A stretch of DNA of 64,000 nt, taken from an uncultured delta proteobacterium. GTDB taxonomy: Bacteria; Myxococcota; UBA727; VGSZ01. The stretch is from positions 96,001 to 160,000 of the forward strand of contig CAVZJB010000018.1 of the NCBI GenBank assembly GCA_963775425.1, written 5' to 3'. Below, in pieces: positions 47,101 through 55,761 of this stretch. Numbering within the stretch: the stretch's first letter is position 1; each line of letters starts with the position of its first letter. The notes under the pieces were generated by a model that was not told the DNA's origin, searched no databases, and worked only from the letters and a program-made list of their open reading frames with translations. The translations under genes and the position numbers were made by a program.

Positions 47101-49056
47101 CACCTCGAGGCGCGTGGAGTCCACGAAGGTGACGCCGGTGACCTCGGTGCCGCCGAAGAACACCTTGGGCGGCCCGTTTCGCTGGGAGAAGAACGCGCCC
47201 TTGATGGCGATGACGCCGTTGCCGCCGGTGGTGGGCGCGGCCGCGGGCAGGAGCTGGTCCACGCGCGGCGCGGGCGGCTCGTAGGTGTAGCCCTCGGGGA
47301 GCGTGGCGGCCTGGCCGTCGCCGCCCTCGTCCTGCGCGGGGTTGGCGACGACGATGGTGGCGGGGTTCTTCCCGACGATGAGCGAGCCCGGCGGCGTGGT
47401 GCAGTCAAAGACGGTCTCGTCGACGCCGCTCGAGCTGTCGAGGCGGAAGGTGCAGTCGAGGGCGACGGCGTCGGCGAAGGTGACCCGGGCGTTCGCGTTG
47501 AAGCGCTTGCCGCGCAGGGTGACGCGCGTGCCGCCCTCGAGCGGGCCGCCGAGCGGCGCGATGGGGGCGGTGAACTCGGGGGCCGACGTCACGTGCGTCG
47601 ACAGCGAAAACGGCGCCGGATCCGACGCCGACAGCCCGCCTGGCACCGCCGGCGGCTCGTCCTGCTCCACGCGGCCGATGACGACGAGCGCGTGCTCGGC
47701 GCTGCCGGTGTCGTTGGTGTGCTCGAAGGCCTCGGCGGAGGTCCCGGGCTTGCCGATGCGGAAGTTCCGCGTGGGGTCGCTGGTGACGTTGTCGCCGTCG
47801 TCGAGGAGGAACACCGACAGGTCGATGTCGGTCTCGAGGCCGGAGAGGCTGACGGCGAGCTTGCTGTCCTTGGGGACCTCGACGAGGTAGGCGTGGTCGG
47901 CGGGGACGTCGAACGGGCCGTCGGCGAAGGTGGCGTTGATGGTGTCGCCGGTGAAGGTGAGGCCGGCGACGGCGCCCTCGGGCGAGGCCACCTGCGACAC
48001 GGGCAGGCCGTTGAACAGCGACGTCGACGGGAAGGTCTCGACGGTGCCGGAGAAGCCGCCGAGGTCGGCGCCGTCGGGGAGCGTGGGCGGCACGAACGAC
48101 AGCGGCGGCGGCTGCAGCTCGCCGTCGACGTTGGCGAGCAGGCGCACGCGGGTGGCCTGCCGCACGTTGCTGGCGGGATCGCGCGCCTCGACGAAGACGT
48201 CGCCGACGGTGAGGAAGGGGTTCACGGGCGCGAAGCTGACGGCGAGCAGGACCTCCTGGAACGGGTCGAGCGTGCCGAGGTCGAGGGAGCGGGTGGCGCC
48301 GTTTCCGGGCGTGGGCTCGGTCTCGAACGGCGAGAGCGTGGCGCCGGGGGCGTCGATGAGGGTGGCGGTGACCTCGACGGGGTGCGCGGAGCTGTTCTCG
48401 ACGACGATGACCTGGCGCGAGAAGGTGCCGAGCCGGATGCCCGAGGGGAAGGCGAGGTCCGAGGGCGCGACGTCGACGAAGGGCGGCGGCGGCCGCGGGT
48501 CGAAGCCGGCGATGAGGTCGGTGAGGTTGTCGGCGCCGTTTCGGTTGAGGTCGAACACGAGCGCGCAGGGGCCGCCGGCGACGGCGGCGCCGCAGGTGTC
48601 GAAGTCGCCGGACGGCTTGAGGGCGTTGTCCTTGGCGGGCTCGATCTTGACGGTGCCCTCGAGGCGCGCGAGCAGCACGTCGGTGCCCTCGTCGGGGCGG
48701 TAGCGCAGGCGGAGGATGAAGGGCGCGTCGGTCTTCTTGTCGACGGTGACGTTGAAGCTGCCCTGCGCTTCGCTGAGGTCGCTCGAGATCTGCAGCGCCG
48801 TCTCGGCGAGGATGCCGGGGATCTCGACGGTGGCCGCGAGCGCGGCGGCGTCCTTTACCGAGAGCGCCTGCACCCGCTGCGGCAAGCGCACGGCGACCCC
48901 GCCGGCGTCGCCGCGGGGCACGCAGGAGCCGGCAACGACGACGACCGCGAGCGCTCCGAGGACGCGCGCGGGGGCGCGGCGGCGGGGCCCGTCCCCCGCA
49001 CGGCGCGTGCGCCCCTGGACCCTGCAAGACGGCTGCGAATCGGTGTGGATGCTCAT
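41161..49056 (-). CDS. Giant (~2630 aa) surface lipoprotein with IPT/TIG repeats, Cys-rich and DxDxDG repeats, Gly-rich C-terminus
   Basis: VAGSC lipobox; repeated P..G...GG..V.L.G.NF ... V.N.DGQ units; CGDGVC repeats; DTDGDG motifs. Confidence 0.88.
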   Translation of the reverse strand: MSIHTDSQPSCRVQGRTRRAGDGPRRRAPARVLGALAVVVVAGSCVPRGDAGGVAVRLPQRVQALSVKDAAALAATVEIPGILAETALQISSDLSEAQGSFNVTVDKKTDAPFILRLRYRPDEGTDVLLARLEGTVKIEPAKDNALKPSGDFDTCGAAVAGGPCALVFDLNRNGADNLTDLIAGFDPRPPPPFVDVAPSDLAFPSGIRLGTFSRQVIVVENSSAHPVEVTATLIDAPGATLSPFETEPTPGNGATRSLDLGTLDPFQEVLLAVSFAPVNPFLTVGDVFVEARDPASNVRQATRVRLLANVDGELQPPPLSFVPPTLPDGADLGGFSGTVETFPSTSLFNGLPVSQVASPEGAVAGLTFTGDTINATFADGPFDVPADHAYLVEVPKDSKLAVSLSGLETDIDLSVFLLDDGDNVTSDPTRNFRIGKPGTSAEAFEHTNDTGSAEHALVVIGRVEQDEPPAVPGGLSASDPAPFSLSTHVTSAPEFTAPIAPLGGPLEGGTRVTLRGKRFNANARVTFADAVALDCTFRLDSSSGVDETVFDCTTPPGSLIVGKNPATIVVANPAQDEGGDGQAATLPEGYTYEPPAPRVDQLLPAAAPTTGGNGVIAIKGAFFSQRNGPPKVFFGGTEVTGVTFVDSTRLEVTAPPHAAGIVVVTVQNILDAQPDDPAGFVRLSLPSNARNFTYITPDQPAPALTSLSPATGSIDGGDVVTLVGQNLLDGATVLFDGDKAGDVTVNGGTSLTCTTPAHNNAGAVDVEVINVDGQRATLVGGFSYFIPDPAVQTAFPDSSSVDGGTFIVISGSGFRAGVNVSFVDGAGGSFTSPNVNRVSTTTLLAATPQVPAGGDYTLHVQNLDGHSADLTGAFHFLEPTGPAPRIDALSPSAGNKDTPVIINMTGANFRNPAVIVGSAAADVTDFSDTSITFVAPTSGTDGPVVVRVIDDDGQSDTTVYTYFTVLGVPPVIDTLSPSTAQANTLMTLSGRSFDVQGGALLTGAHLIVGGQLVTPTTASATSLSFRVPNLDAIVGQSGAAVAVEFTNVDGQSTSATFSYVKPSGTPNPVVQSVSPAIAHIGDSATIAGGGFNLASLRVGNAVVDGNSAAVTARSSTSITFTVPDPGVTLPAVVVLSVVNLDGKTATASLGIDTVAAAAPVITAVSPQTVQSSGGDAVLVSGSGFSTQATVSVAGTALAAGAVTLTSTSASFAAPAHAAGSAAVVIRNPDGQSASTLLGYTDVPPPPPTGTTARIDAIEPDQLPLAGGGITLTGADFDNAGVLKVGGATVSSRTVTATSVTFTAPARQQAGIVAVSFQNPNASAATIALDYNDGGNGGGGTPSAALVDPSVVNAVVPGDVITVLGGALDAVTGATVVDGGGAPIAGAATLLSTSSVSAAVQISAQLPDSASAGPLHLQLALAGGGTLDTPSFQALTPSIAASVPSGAGLVLFGDRLAGAALSGVSLKSPTSELPIALLGASDTFIQTGAPPTLVPGNDYNIALLYDDPVNGGALPPFVSKGAPAASAPPLDLIASPFGDVMPADQDPSGLVLAAGFLAPLDPLFGQPTTFDVSDDTGTVVASGTWSSATPPNGAAGTVALLAFTSTSPVPPGEYHAVLKTDASDALAVSSSTTLSFAPRSIDASFPSVIPAGGPLGGVGTVFAGDTIVAEDVNNGTDVVVDTIGAGACDLASRGCSFVGAFELPSTPGLPPGDYRLCAVGPGQPPACPSSTAVVSVDAAFATRFEFLDQGCQITDEEAVAGDDRGGIAVTPSAAYYTGDSQTAIISLDLSSVQPAGRIIDGIVADTGSGQLFSLANAANGELANGVGTFVIDQLEGLDPLTLAPTGSSIPVSPPVTVDTGNFANGVFAGAGQILIFSAPSTWTLIDTATGATNTLPAAIAPPNMQSCENWASWGVLDIINGDRVVTYASFGSLSQLDVDTQTIIRQIPFQDLSDMCSLTVLPSLNRWYFHYEGIGQFGGTAETFGFCPTGTCGDSACDTGETFQGCPEDCAAVCGDGVCDNSVEDDVTCPLDCQAKGSVGGVCGDRICEGNEPQTCPSDCGGAAGFCGDNFCDLAFENPDICTQDCGFGSCAQGECASGDVCGPDNFCHPSGGGTNDTDGDGLPDDLELSIGTNPNSGDTDGDGIPDGPEVGPDLGRPLDTDVDGTIDALDFDDDNDGIPTGQEGPADQNGDGIPDFRDPCIPDNTNSACTSGDFDGDGVPNLDDQPGFLDPCNPDPNSPACTGGAVQGGGTFGSGVDGDLTVTGVTSFDTIQSPGRSCPDAVSVNVTGFLSPQEASIDTTLDPSCFFPGDIVLLINLQGRPGFTANVGSFETLVADGVGPTGDTVVFQQPKTASYGDNPGDDSNIGVGPGQQRVILQRVPQYANVDILDTLTTGPWDGLRGGVIAFFARNQALVEPTGLIELSGTGFAGGASNDIPGSAGQAGESIAGLANIGITENNGGGGGGDASACTGTGGVGGGGGAHTTNGLDATSAFSTCNGQGGVSYRVDPPGSVGPVTLGAGGGAGGAANDLVANPPGGGGGAGGGILIMIANLVQLDGSISLGGLPGGDSGGSDQSGGGGGGAGGMAVIERVNLGGAGGIFAPGAPGGFGNGPAGNGGDGGDGSVIDLPVGP

Positions 49057-49061
49057 AGGGG

Positions 49062-50153
49062 TCACTCCGCTCCCGTGGTCGAGGGCAGGGGGGTCTTCAC
49101 GAGGATGCGCGTGGCGGGCACCGGCTGCTGCAGCGTGGCGATGGCGATGGTGGTGCCCGCGGCGACGGCGACGGCCGCGCCGCCGCCCACGGCGGTCCAG
49201 AACCACCACTGCGTGTAGTACGGCTCCTCCTCGAGGACGACGCGCGCGACGCTGGTCTCGCCGCGGGAGACGACGACGTCCTTGCGCCCGGGCACGGCGC
49301 CGGCCTGGGTGACGTCGAGGACGTGCACGCCGATGGCGAGGCCGTCGATCTTCTGCTTGAGCGGCGCGGTGCCGACGTCCTTGCCGTCGACGGCGACGGT
49401 GGCGCCCTCGGGCGCGAACACCTCGACGGCGCCGGTGTAGGTGGCGGCCTTGGGGCCGTCGAAGAGCCGATCCAGGGTGGGCGCCGTGACGGTGACCATC
49501 TCCTCGGGGTCGCCGCGCCAGGTGACGTCGACGCGCTGGACCACCGCGGGCCCCGACGGGTCGATGAGCGAGAGCGTGAGCAACAGCGCCTTGCCGCCGG
49601 GCCCGGCCTCGCCGCCGACGACCTGGCCGAGGGTGCCGGCGACGACGAGGTCGGCGTCGACGAGCTTGGCGACGTCGGTGGCGCAGTTGGCGGAGTCGCA
49701 GCCGAGCAGGCGCGCGTCGGCGCTGTGCGCGAGCAGGCTCTTGAGCTCGTTGCGCGACACCGCGCGATAGCCCGGCCGGCCGCTGATCTCGCTCGCCATC
49801 ACCGTCGACAGCGCGTTCGCGAGCGCCTTGGCGTCGCCCTCGACCTTCAGATCGAGCACCGCCACCAGCTTCCCGGGTCCGGCCTTCGCCCCCGGCGCCG
49901 CAGCGTCCCCCGCAGCGTCCCCCGAGGCGTCCGTCGACGCGTCCCCGGCAGCGTCCGCAGAAGCGTCCCCCGAAGCGTCTCTCGGGGCGTCCGTCGAGGC
50001 GTCCGTCGACGAAGCCGCGTCCGTCGTCGCCGTGGACGGGGCGGTGGCCGGCGCGGCCGCCGTCGGGGCGGGGGCGCCCTTGAGGGCCGCAGACACCGGG
50101 GGAGCGGCGGCCTGCGTGGGCGACAAGAGCGCGACGAACAAGAGCGGATGCAT
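49062..50153 (-). CDS. PEGA-domain protein with C-terminal anchor
   Basis: Signal peptide; PEGATVAVDGKDVGTAPL; PYYTQWWFWTAVG; GGAGG RBS. Confidence 0.88.
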   Translation of the reverse strand: MHPLLFVALLSPTQAAAPPVSAALKGAPAPTAAAPATAPSTATTDAASSTDASTDAPRDASGDASADAAGDASTDASGDAAGDAAAPGAKAGPGKLVAVLDLKVEGDAKALANALSTVMASEISGRPGYRAVSRNELKSLLAHSADARLLGCDSANCATDVAKLVDADLVVAGTLGQVVGGEAGPGGKALLLTLSLIDPSGPAVVQRVDVTWRGDPEEMVTVTAPTLDRLFDGPKAATYTGAVEVFAPEGATVAVDGKDVGTAPLKQKIDGLAIGVHVLDVTQAGAVPGRKDVVVSRGETSVARVVLEEEPYYTQWWFWTAVGGGAAVAVAAGTTIAIATLQQPVPATRILVKTPLPSTTGAE

Positions 50154-50311
50154 GGTGCCTCCCGAAGAGCACCGCATCTTTTCGACGCTCGCATGTACGC
50201 ATCAAGCCGCGTGGACGGACTGTCCCGCCTTATCGCCGCGCGCGAACCGGAGCGTCCGTTTTCTCCGGCGGCCGCGGGGAGTCTTGACTCCGTCCGCGCG
50301 GTCCGGCCCCC

Positions 50312-53300
50312 TCAGGCGGCGGGGCGCCTGACGACGCCGCGCTCGAGCTTGGCGAGCGTCTCCACGCGCGACAGCTCCAGCATCCGTCCCTCGGAGAGCG
50401 CGACGACGGCGCGGCGGATGATCTCCGTCGCCTCCCGCGCCTGCTGCACCGGCGGCAGGTGCGCGGTGAGGCGCGCGAGCTGCCTGGCCTCGAGCGGCGG
50501 GCCGATGTGCGCCTCGAGCTCCCGGTGGCGCAGATCGGGGAGGAGCGCGTCGCGCGGCAGGGCCTGGTGGTTGCCCTTCATCCAGATGGGCAACACGTCG
50601 ACGCCGGTGAGGAGCGACAGCCGCGCCACCAGGGGCTTGAAGCCGCCGAGCGTGCCGTCCTCGCGGCGCGTGCCCTCCGGGAAGATGAGCACGACGTGGC
50701 CGCCCTCGACGACGGCCCGGGCCTGCTCGAAGGCGAGCCCGCTGCCCGTCTCGCGGTCGATGGGCACGAGGTTCGTGAAGTGCTGGAAGAACGCGACCTT
50801 GGGCGCCGCGCCCTCGAAGAAGTAGTCCTTGGCCGCCAGCGGCCGCAGGTCCTTGCCGTACGCCCCGAGCGCGTATTTCACGAGCCCGGTGTCGAGGTGG
50901 CTCGTGTGGTTGGCGATGACGATGCTGTTGCGGTTGCTGGGGACGAACGCGCGCCCCGTGACCGCGGCGTGGAACACCGAGTCGTACAGCTCGCGCTGCC
51001 CGAACGCGATCGCCCTGCGCCCCGCGGGCTTCAGCGCCGCGAGGGCCACGTCCCTCCACCCGACGCGCGCGCCGGGCTTGTCCACGGCGGCGCGCCCCTC
51101 CTCGAGCGCCTCGCCCTCCGCCGTCGCGCCGCTCGTCCCCCGCCGCGGCGCGCGCACCAGCGCCTCGACGTCGGCGACCGTCTCGCACGCGACCAGCGCC
51201 TCCGGGTCGAGCGCGCCGCCCGCGATCTTTTCGAGCGACGCGCCGAGCTCCGTCCACATCAGCGAGTCGAAGCCCAGGTCCGCCGCCGGCCGCGTGCCGC
51301 CCGCGATCTTCTTCGCGTCCACGCCCGCCACCACCGCCACCGCCGCGCGCACCGCCTGAAGAGGCGCCGCGCCGTCGCCGCCGCCGGCCTCGGCGCGCCT
51401 GGCGAGCGTCTCCTCGAGGACCCCGCGCACCTCCTTGCGCTTCACCTTGCGCGTGGCCGTGAGCGGCAGCGGCCCGTCGACGCGCTCGATGACGCTCGGC
51501 CGCGCGTACGCCGGCAGCTTCAACACGCCCTGCTGCACCCGCTTGAGCGCGTCCGCCGCCCCCGTCGACGACGCGAGCGCCGCCTCCGTCAACACGTACG
51601 CCAGGGCGAGGCGCTCCCCGCCGCGCGGGTCGGCGACGCCGAGGAGCGTGAGCTCGGCGACCTGCGTGCCGTCGTCCTTGCTGAGCGGCTCGAGCTTCTT
51701 TTCGATGTCGTCGAGGTAGACGTTTTCGCCCGTGGCCGTGACGACGACGTCCTTGCTGCGGCCCACCAGGTGCAGCCGGCCCGCGCCGTCGATGAAGCCG
51801 AGGTCGCCGGTCTTGAGCCAGCCGTCCACGAGGGTGACGGCGGTGGCGTCGTCGTTTTCGAAGTAGCCCTTCATCACGTTCTGCGCGCGGGCCCACACCT
51901 CGCCGACGCCCGTGTGCGCGTCGGCGTCGACGATCTTCAGCTCCACCCCGGGGATGGCCCGCCCCACCGTCCCCGCCGGCGCCCCCAGCGCGCCCTCGGC
52001 CACCGTGAGCACCGGCGCCGCCTCGGTGAGGCCGTAGCCCTCGGCGAGCGGCAGCCCGAGCCCCTGGAACATGTCGTGGACCGCCGGCGGCAGCGCCGAC
52101 CCGCCCGAGATGAGCGTCTTGAGGTGACCGCCGAGCTGATCGTGGATGGGCTTGAGCGCGATCCTCCCGAACGACAGCCCGGTGCGCTTGCCGAAGGCGC
52201 GGTTGGCCGCGAGCAGCGCGTCGACGACGCCCTTGACGACCTCGCCGCGCTCGGCCGCCTGCTTGGTGATGCGCCGCTCGAGGAGCTGCCACAAAGCGGG
52301 GATGCCCACGAGCGCCGTGATCTTCCCCTTCTTGAGCGCGAACAGCACGCGCTCGCCGGTGAGCGCGTCGGGCGTGTAGATGCGCGCCCCCGACGCCAGC
52401 GGCATCAAGAGCCCGCACGAAAACTCGAACGTGTGGTGCAGCGGCAGCACGCTCAACATGCGGTCGCCGCGGCCGACGGGGAAGATGGCCTGCAAAGACG
52501 CGAGCAGCGCGCAGAAGTTCCTGTGCGTGAGCTGCACGCCCTTGGGCTCGCCCGTGGTCCCCGACGTGAACAAGATGCTCGCGACGTCGTCGCCGCGGAT
52601 GCCCATGAGCGCGGCGTCGGGCGGGGGCTCGTCCCCGCCGGGGGCGACGCCGGGCCCCTCGGCGGTGGTGAGCGCCAGGTCGAGCACCGGCTGCGGCAGC
52701 ACGCCCTCGAGCCTCTTGCGCACGCCGACGTCGACGACGGCGCACACGGGGCGCGCCTTGTTGACGATGAGCGCGACGGCGTCGGCGTCGAGGTTCTGCG
52801 GGTCGAGCGGCACGAGCACGGCGCGCGCGAGGAACACGCCGAACGCGGCGACGCCCCACGACGGGTGGTTCGCGCCCGAGAGCACCACGCGGTCCCCGGG
52901 CTTCACGCCGGCCCTGTCGAGCCGCAGCGCCACGGCGCGGGCGCGATCGAGGAGCTCCTGGTAGGTGACGTCGAGGACGTCGTCGCCGTCGAGGTACGAC
53001 AGCGCCGGCCGGTTCTTGTAGCGGGCGGCCGCCTCGACGAGCAGGTGCGCCAGGCTGTCCCACGCCGGGCGCGGCAGCGTCTCCCTGGCGCGCTCGCGCT
53101 CGAGGCGCGCCTGGTCGAAGCGCGGCAGGAGCTCGTCGAGCAAGAGCGCGCGCCACTCGACGTCGAGCGCCGGCGCCTCGACGCCGGCCCGCGCCGCGAA
53201 CATGCGCAGCCCGCGCGTGGACAAGCGGGTCTCGTCGCGGAACCACGGCGGACTCGCGCACCGCGCGCGATCCGCGGGCGCGACCTCGACCACCGACCGC

Positions 53301-54307
53301 GCCGCGTCGAGCGCGCCGGCGAGCCCCTCGAGCGGGCCGTCCTCGAGGGCCCGCCGCGCGCTCTCCGCGAGGCGCGCGAGCCCGCGCGCGGCGACGTCGG
53401 CGCCCGGCGGCAGCGCCCGCGCGACGTCGACGGACAGCACCCGCTCGACGGACTGTTGCGAGCCCTCGTCGTGGCGCGAAGGTGTGTCCCCCGCCGTGCT
53501 CCGCGCGCGGCGCAGGTGCAAATCCAACAGGTCCGCCAGGCGCGCCGGCGGCAGCGGCGCGCGCGGCACCACGTGCACCACGCCTCCGCTCCCCGACGCC
53601 TCGAGCCCCTGCGTCACCACCGACACCGCGCGCTCGACGACGTCGCGGGGCAACGCATCCAAACGCCCGACCAGCGGCAGCCGCAGGACGCCCGCGCGCA
53701 CGCGCTCGAGGAGCCACGCGAGCGGTCCATGCTCGTCGTCGAGGAAGGCCGGCGCGCGCACGATGGCCCACGGCAGCTCGGACCGCGCCACGAGGAGCTC
53801 GGCGAGCGCGCACGTGTACCCGCGCGCGGCCCACGTCGACCCCGTCGCGAAGCGCCAACCCGCGGCGCGCTCGAAGAGCGCCCGCTCCTGGGCCTGCGCG
53901 GCGTCCTTGTGCCTGGCGGCCCTACAGGCGCTATCGAAGGCGCTGCCCGTCGTGGCGCCGCCGAGCTCGAGGAGCTCCTTGCGGGTCCTTTCGGCGATCT
54001 TCGAGAGCTTGTCCGCGAACGAAGACGACGCCTGCGCGTGGGCGACGGCGGCGCGGCAGGCCTCGACTTCGCCGTCGACGTCGAGGTCGCGGCCGCGGAC
54101 GGTGCCGCCGCCAAAGAGCGCGTCCTGCGGGTTGTCCTCGGGGACGAGGCCCTTCTTGCCGCCGACGGCGGCGAGCGTCGACACGAGGACGAGCGGTTGC
54201 CCCTGGGCGCGCGCTTTGTCGATGGCGTCGCGGGTGCCGTCGACGTCGAGGGCCAGGGCCTCATCGAGCCGCGCGCTGCCTTGGCCGCAGGTGTGGACGA
54301 CGGTCAT
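50312..54307 (-). CDS. ElbD-like multidomain lipid enzyme: degenerate acyl reductase, AMP-binding, ACP, PlsC acyltransferase
   Basis: FTSGTTGEPKG, EGYGLTE, WLKTGDLG; DLGFDSL; NHTSHLD and FPEGTR; start uncertain. Confidence 0.85.
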   Translation of the reverse strand: MTVVHTCGQGSARLDEALALDVDGTRDAIDKARAQGQPLVLVSTLAAVGGKKGLVPEDNPQDALFGGGTVRGRDLDVDGEVEACRAAVAHAQASSSFADKLSKIAERTRKELLELGGATTGSAFDSACRAARHKDAAQAQERALFERAAGWRFATGSTWAARGYTCALAELLVARSELPWAIVRAPAFLDDEHGPLAWLLERVRAGVLRLPLVGRLDALPRDVVERAVSVVTQGLEASGSGGVVHVVPRAPLPPARLADLLDLHLRRARSTAGDTPSRHDEGSQQSVERVLSVDVARALPPGADVAARGLARLAESARRALEDGPLEGLAGALDAARSVVEVAPADRARCASPPWFRDETRLSTRGLRMFAARAGVEAPALDVEWRALLLDELLPRFDQARLERERARETLPRPAWDSLAHLLVEAAARYKNRPALSYLDGDDVLDVTYQELLDRARAVALRLDRAGVKPGDRVVLSGANHPSWGVAAFGVFLARAVLVPLDPQNLDADAVALIVNKARPVCAVVDVGVRKRLEGVLPQPVLDLALTTAEGPGVAPGGDEPPPDAALMGIRGDDVASILFTSGTTGEPKGVQLTHRNFCALLASLQAIFPVGRGDRMLSVLPLHHTFEFSCGLLMPLASGARIYTPDALTGERVLFALKKGKITALVGIPALWQLLERRITKQAAERGEVVKGVVDALLAANRAFGKRTGLSFGRIALKPIHDQLGGHLKTLISGGSALPPAVHDMFQGLGLPLAEGYGLTEAAPVLTVAEGALGAPAGTVGRAIPGVELKIVDADAHTGVGEVWARAQNVMKGYFENDDATAVTLVDGWLKTGDLGFIDGAGRLHLVGRSKDVVVTATGENVYLDDIEKKLEPLSKDDGTQVAELTLLGVADPRGGERLALAYVLTEAALASSTGAADALKRVQQGVLKLPAYARPSVIERVDGPLPLTATRKVKRKEVRGVLEETLARRAEAGGGDGAAPLQAVRAAVAVVAGVDAKKIAGGTRPAADLGFDSLMWTELGASLEKIAGGALDPEALVACETVADVEALVRAPRRGTSGATAEGEALEEGRAAVDKPGARVGWRDVALAALKPAGRRAIAFGQRELYDSVFHAAVTGRAFVPSNRNSIVIANHTSHLDTGLVKYALGAYGKDLRPLAAKDYFFEGAAPKVAFFQHFTNLVPIDRETGSGLAFEQARAVVEGGHVVLIFPEGTRREDGTLGGFKPLVARLSLLTGVDVLPIWMKGNHQALPRDALLPDLRHRELEAHIGPPLEARQLARLTAHLPPVQQAREATEIIRRAVVALSEGRMLELSRVETLAKLERGVVRRPAA

Positions 54308-54482
54308 TTCCGCGGGATGCTCGATGGGACGAATGGTTTCAAGGGGTCTTTGCCCTTGAGGAACGACCCGCGCCGCCTGGTCCGGCGGCGCTCTTTCACG
54401 AACCACGGCTGCCATCAGGGCGACCGTCGTCACCTTCGCTCGCCCCCGTACGTAGAGCGTGTCGACGCCAAGCTGGGCCTTG

Positions 54483-54648
54483 AGCACGGCGTTGGCGTGC
54501 GCGGCGAGACCAGGGCGCGTGCGGTAGGCTGGACAACGTCGCCACCGCCGGAGCGGAAAGGAGCGGGCGCTCAACTCGGCGCGCGTCTTCGTCGCCGAGC
54601 TCGGAGCTCCTTTCCGCTCCGCCCATCGGGCCAGCCCTCGTCGCCACT
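54483..54648. repeat. Hairpin repeat family B, copy 2
   Basis: IR 54549-54564/54606-54621; same blocks as 37070-37334 with internal deletions. Confidence 0.85.
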
Positions 54649-54802
54649 GAGTCGCGGGGGCAAGCAGAACACGACAGAGCCGCCGTCGCGTTGTGCTCCG
54701 TCAAGAAGCCGCGCAAAATGAACGTCATCCTTGCGGCTGTCAGTGACCACCATCCCCTCCTCCAGTCCTGCTGCGATTTCTGCTGCTCCGCGTGGGCAGT
54801 AC

Positions 54803-55180
54803 ATGCGCGCAGAAATCGGATACGGCCTGAGTAAGTGGGAGCTCATCGACCCGACGCAGGGGACGAAGACGCTTCTCCGTGCGGGTGTCGGAAGCCAGAA
54901 GCCGTTCGTCGCGCCGCGCGACGTCGTCGACGACGCGCTAGCGTCTGCGAGCGGCCTGGTCTGCTGCTGGGTGACGACAGGGCTTCCGCGCCACCAACTC
55001 GGCTTCTTCCGAGACACGCGCGTCTCATTTCGTCGGGTCGCCGTCGTCGTCAATTCCTTCTGGAGCGTCCCGTTCATGGCTCGGGATGCAAGGCGTGCGT
55101 TCGAAGTGTCGTCAGCGCGAACCTTCATCAGGGACGAGCGCGCCGCAGTGGAATGGCTTCAGGCACTTTCTCCACAGTGA
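54803..55180 (+). CDS. Hypothetical protein, possibly STAS/SpoIIAA-like
   Basis: RRVAVVV...ARTF..DERAAVEWL C-terminal pattern; start uncertain. Confidence 0.4.
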   Translation: MRAEIGYGLSKWELIDPTQGTKTLLRAGVGSQKPFVAPRDVVDDALASASGLVCCWVTTGLPRHQLGFFRDTRVSFRRVAVVVNSFWSVPFMARDARRAFEVSSARTFIRDERAAVEWLQALSPQ

Positions 55181-55276
55181 TCGTCGGCACGCGCGGCACA
55201 GCCCCGCGTGGAAGTGCTTGAAGACAATCGGCTTTCGTGCGACCGCCGCCGGCGTCGAAAAAAGATCGCCCGGCTT

Positions 55277-55303
55277 TGTCGATCCCGCCCGGTCTCGTTC
55301 GTC
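55277..55303 (+). promoter_or_regulatory. ECF42-type promoter TGTCGA-N17-CGTC
   Basis: Resembles the ECF42 consensus (TGTCGA / CGWC, from memory), directly upstream of the DGPF operon. Confidence 0.65.
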
Positions 55304-55331
55304 GCTCGATCAAAGGCCACACGGAGGAGCC

Positions 55332-55703
55332 ATGCAGTACCTGACGTTCATTCGCCACAGCGAGAAGTACCGGGAGACGCCGCCGCCGGCCGCGCTCATG
55401 GAAGCCATGGGCGCGTTCGTGGAGCGCTCGAAGAAGGAGGGTGTCCTCGTAGACACCGGCGGCCTGTTGCCGAGCAAGGAGGGCGTTCGCCTGCGCCTGT
55501 CGAAGGGCAAGCTCACGGTCACGGACGGCCCGTTCACCGAGAGCAAAGAGGTCATCGGTGGCTGGGCGATCTTCAAGACCGACTCGAAGGACGAGGCCGT
55601 CCGCGTCGCCACCGAGTTCATGGAGATGCACCGGAAGCACTGGCCCGAGTTCGAGGGGGAGTCCGAGGTGCGGCCGATGTTCGACCCCGGCTTCGGGCCG
55701 TAG
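55332..55703 (+). CDS. YciI/DGPF-domain protein
   Basis: VTDGPFTESKEVIGG; GGAGGAG RBS. Confidence 0.92.
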   Translation: MQYLTFIRHSEKYRETPPPAALMEAMGAFVERSKKEGVLVDTGGLLPSKEGVRLRLSKGKLTVTDGPFTESKEVIGGWAIFKTDSKDEAVRVATEFMEMHRKHWPEFEGESEVRPMFDPGFGP

Positions 55704-55761
55704 CGCACGACGCCGCGGCGAGCAGAGACGTCTCTATGATCAAGCAACGAAGGAGTGACCC

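Noticed and set aside
49895-50030. Degenerate 12-bp repeats (GCGTCCCCCGCA-like)
   Set aside because: They encode the low-complexity DASx linker of the PEGA protein
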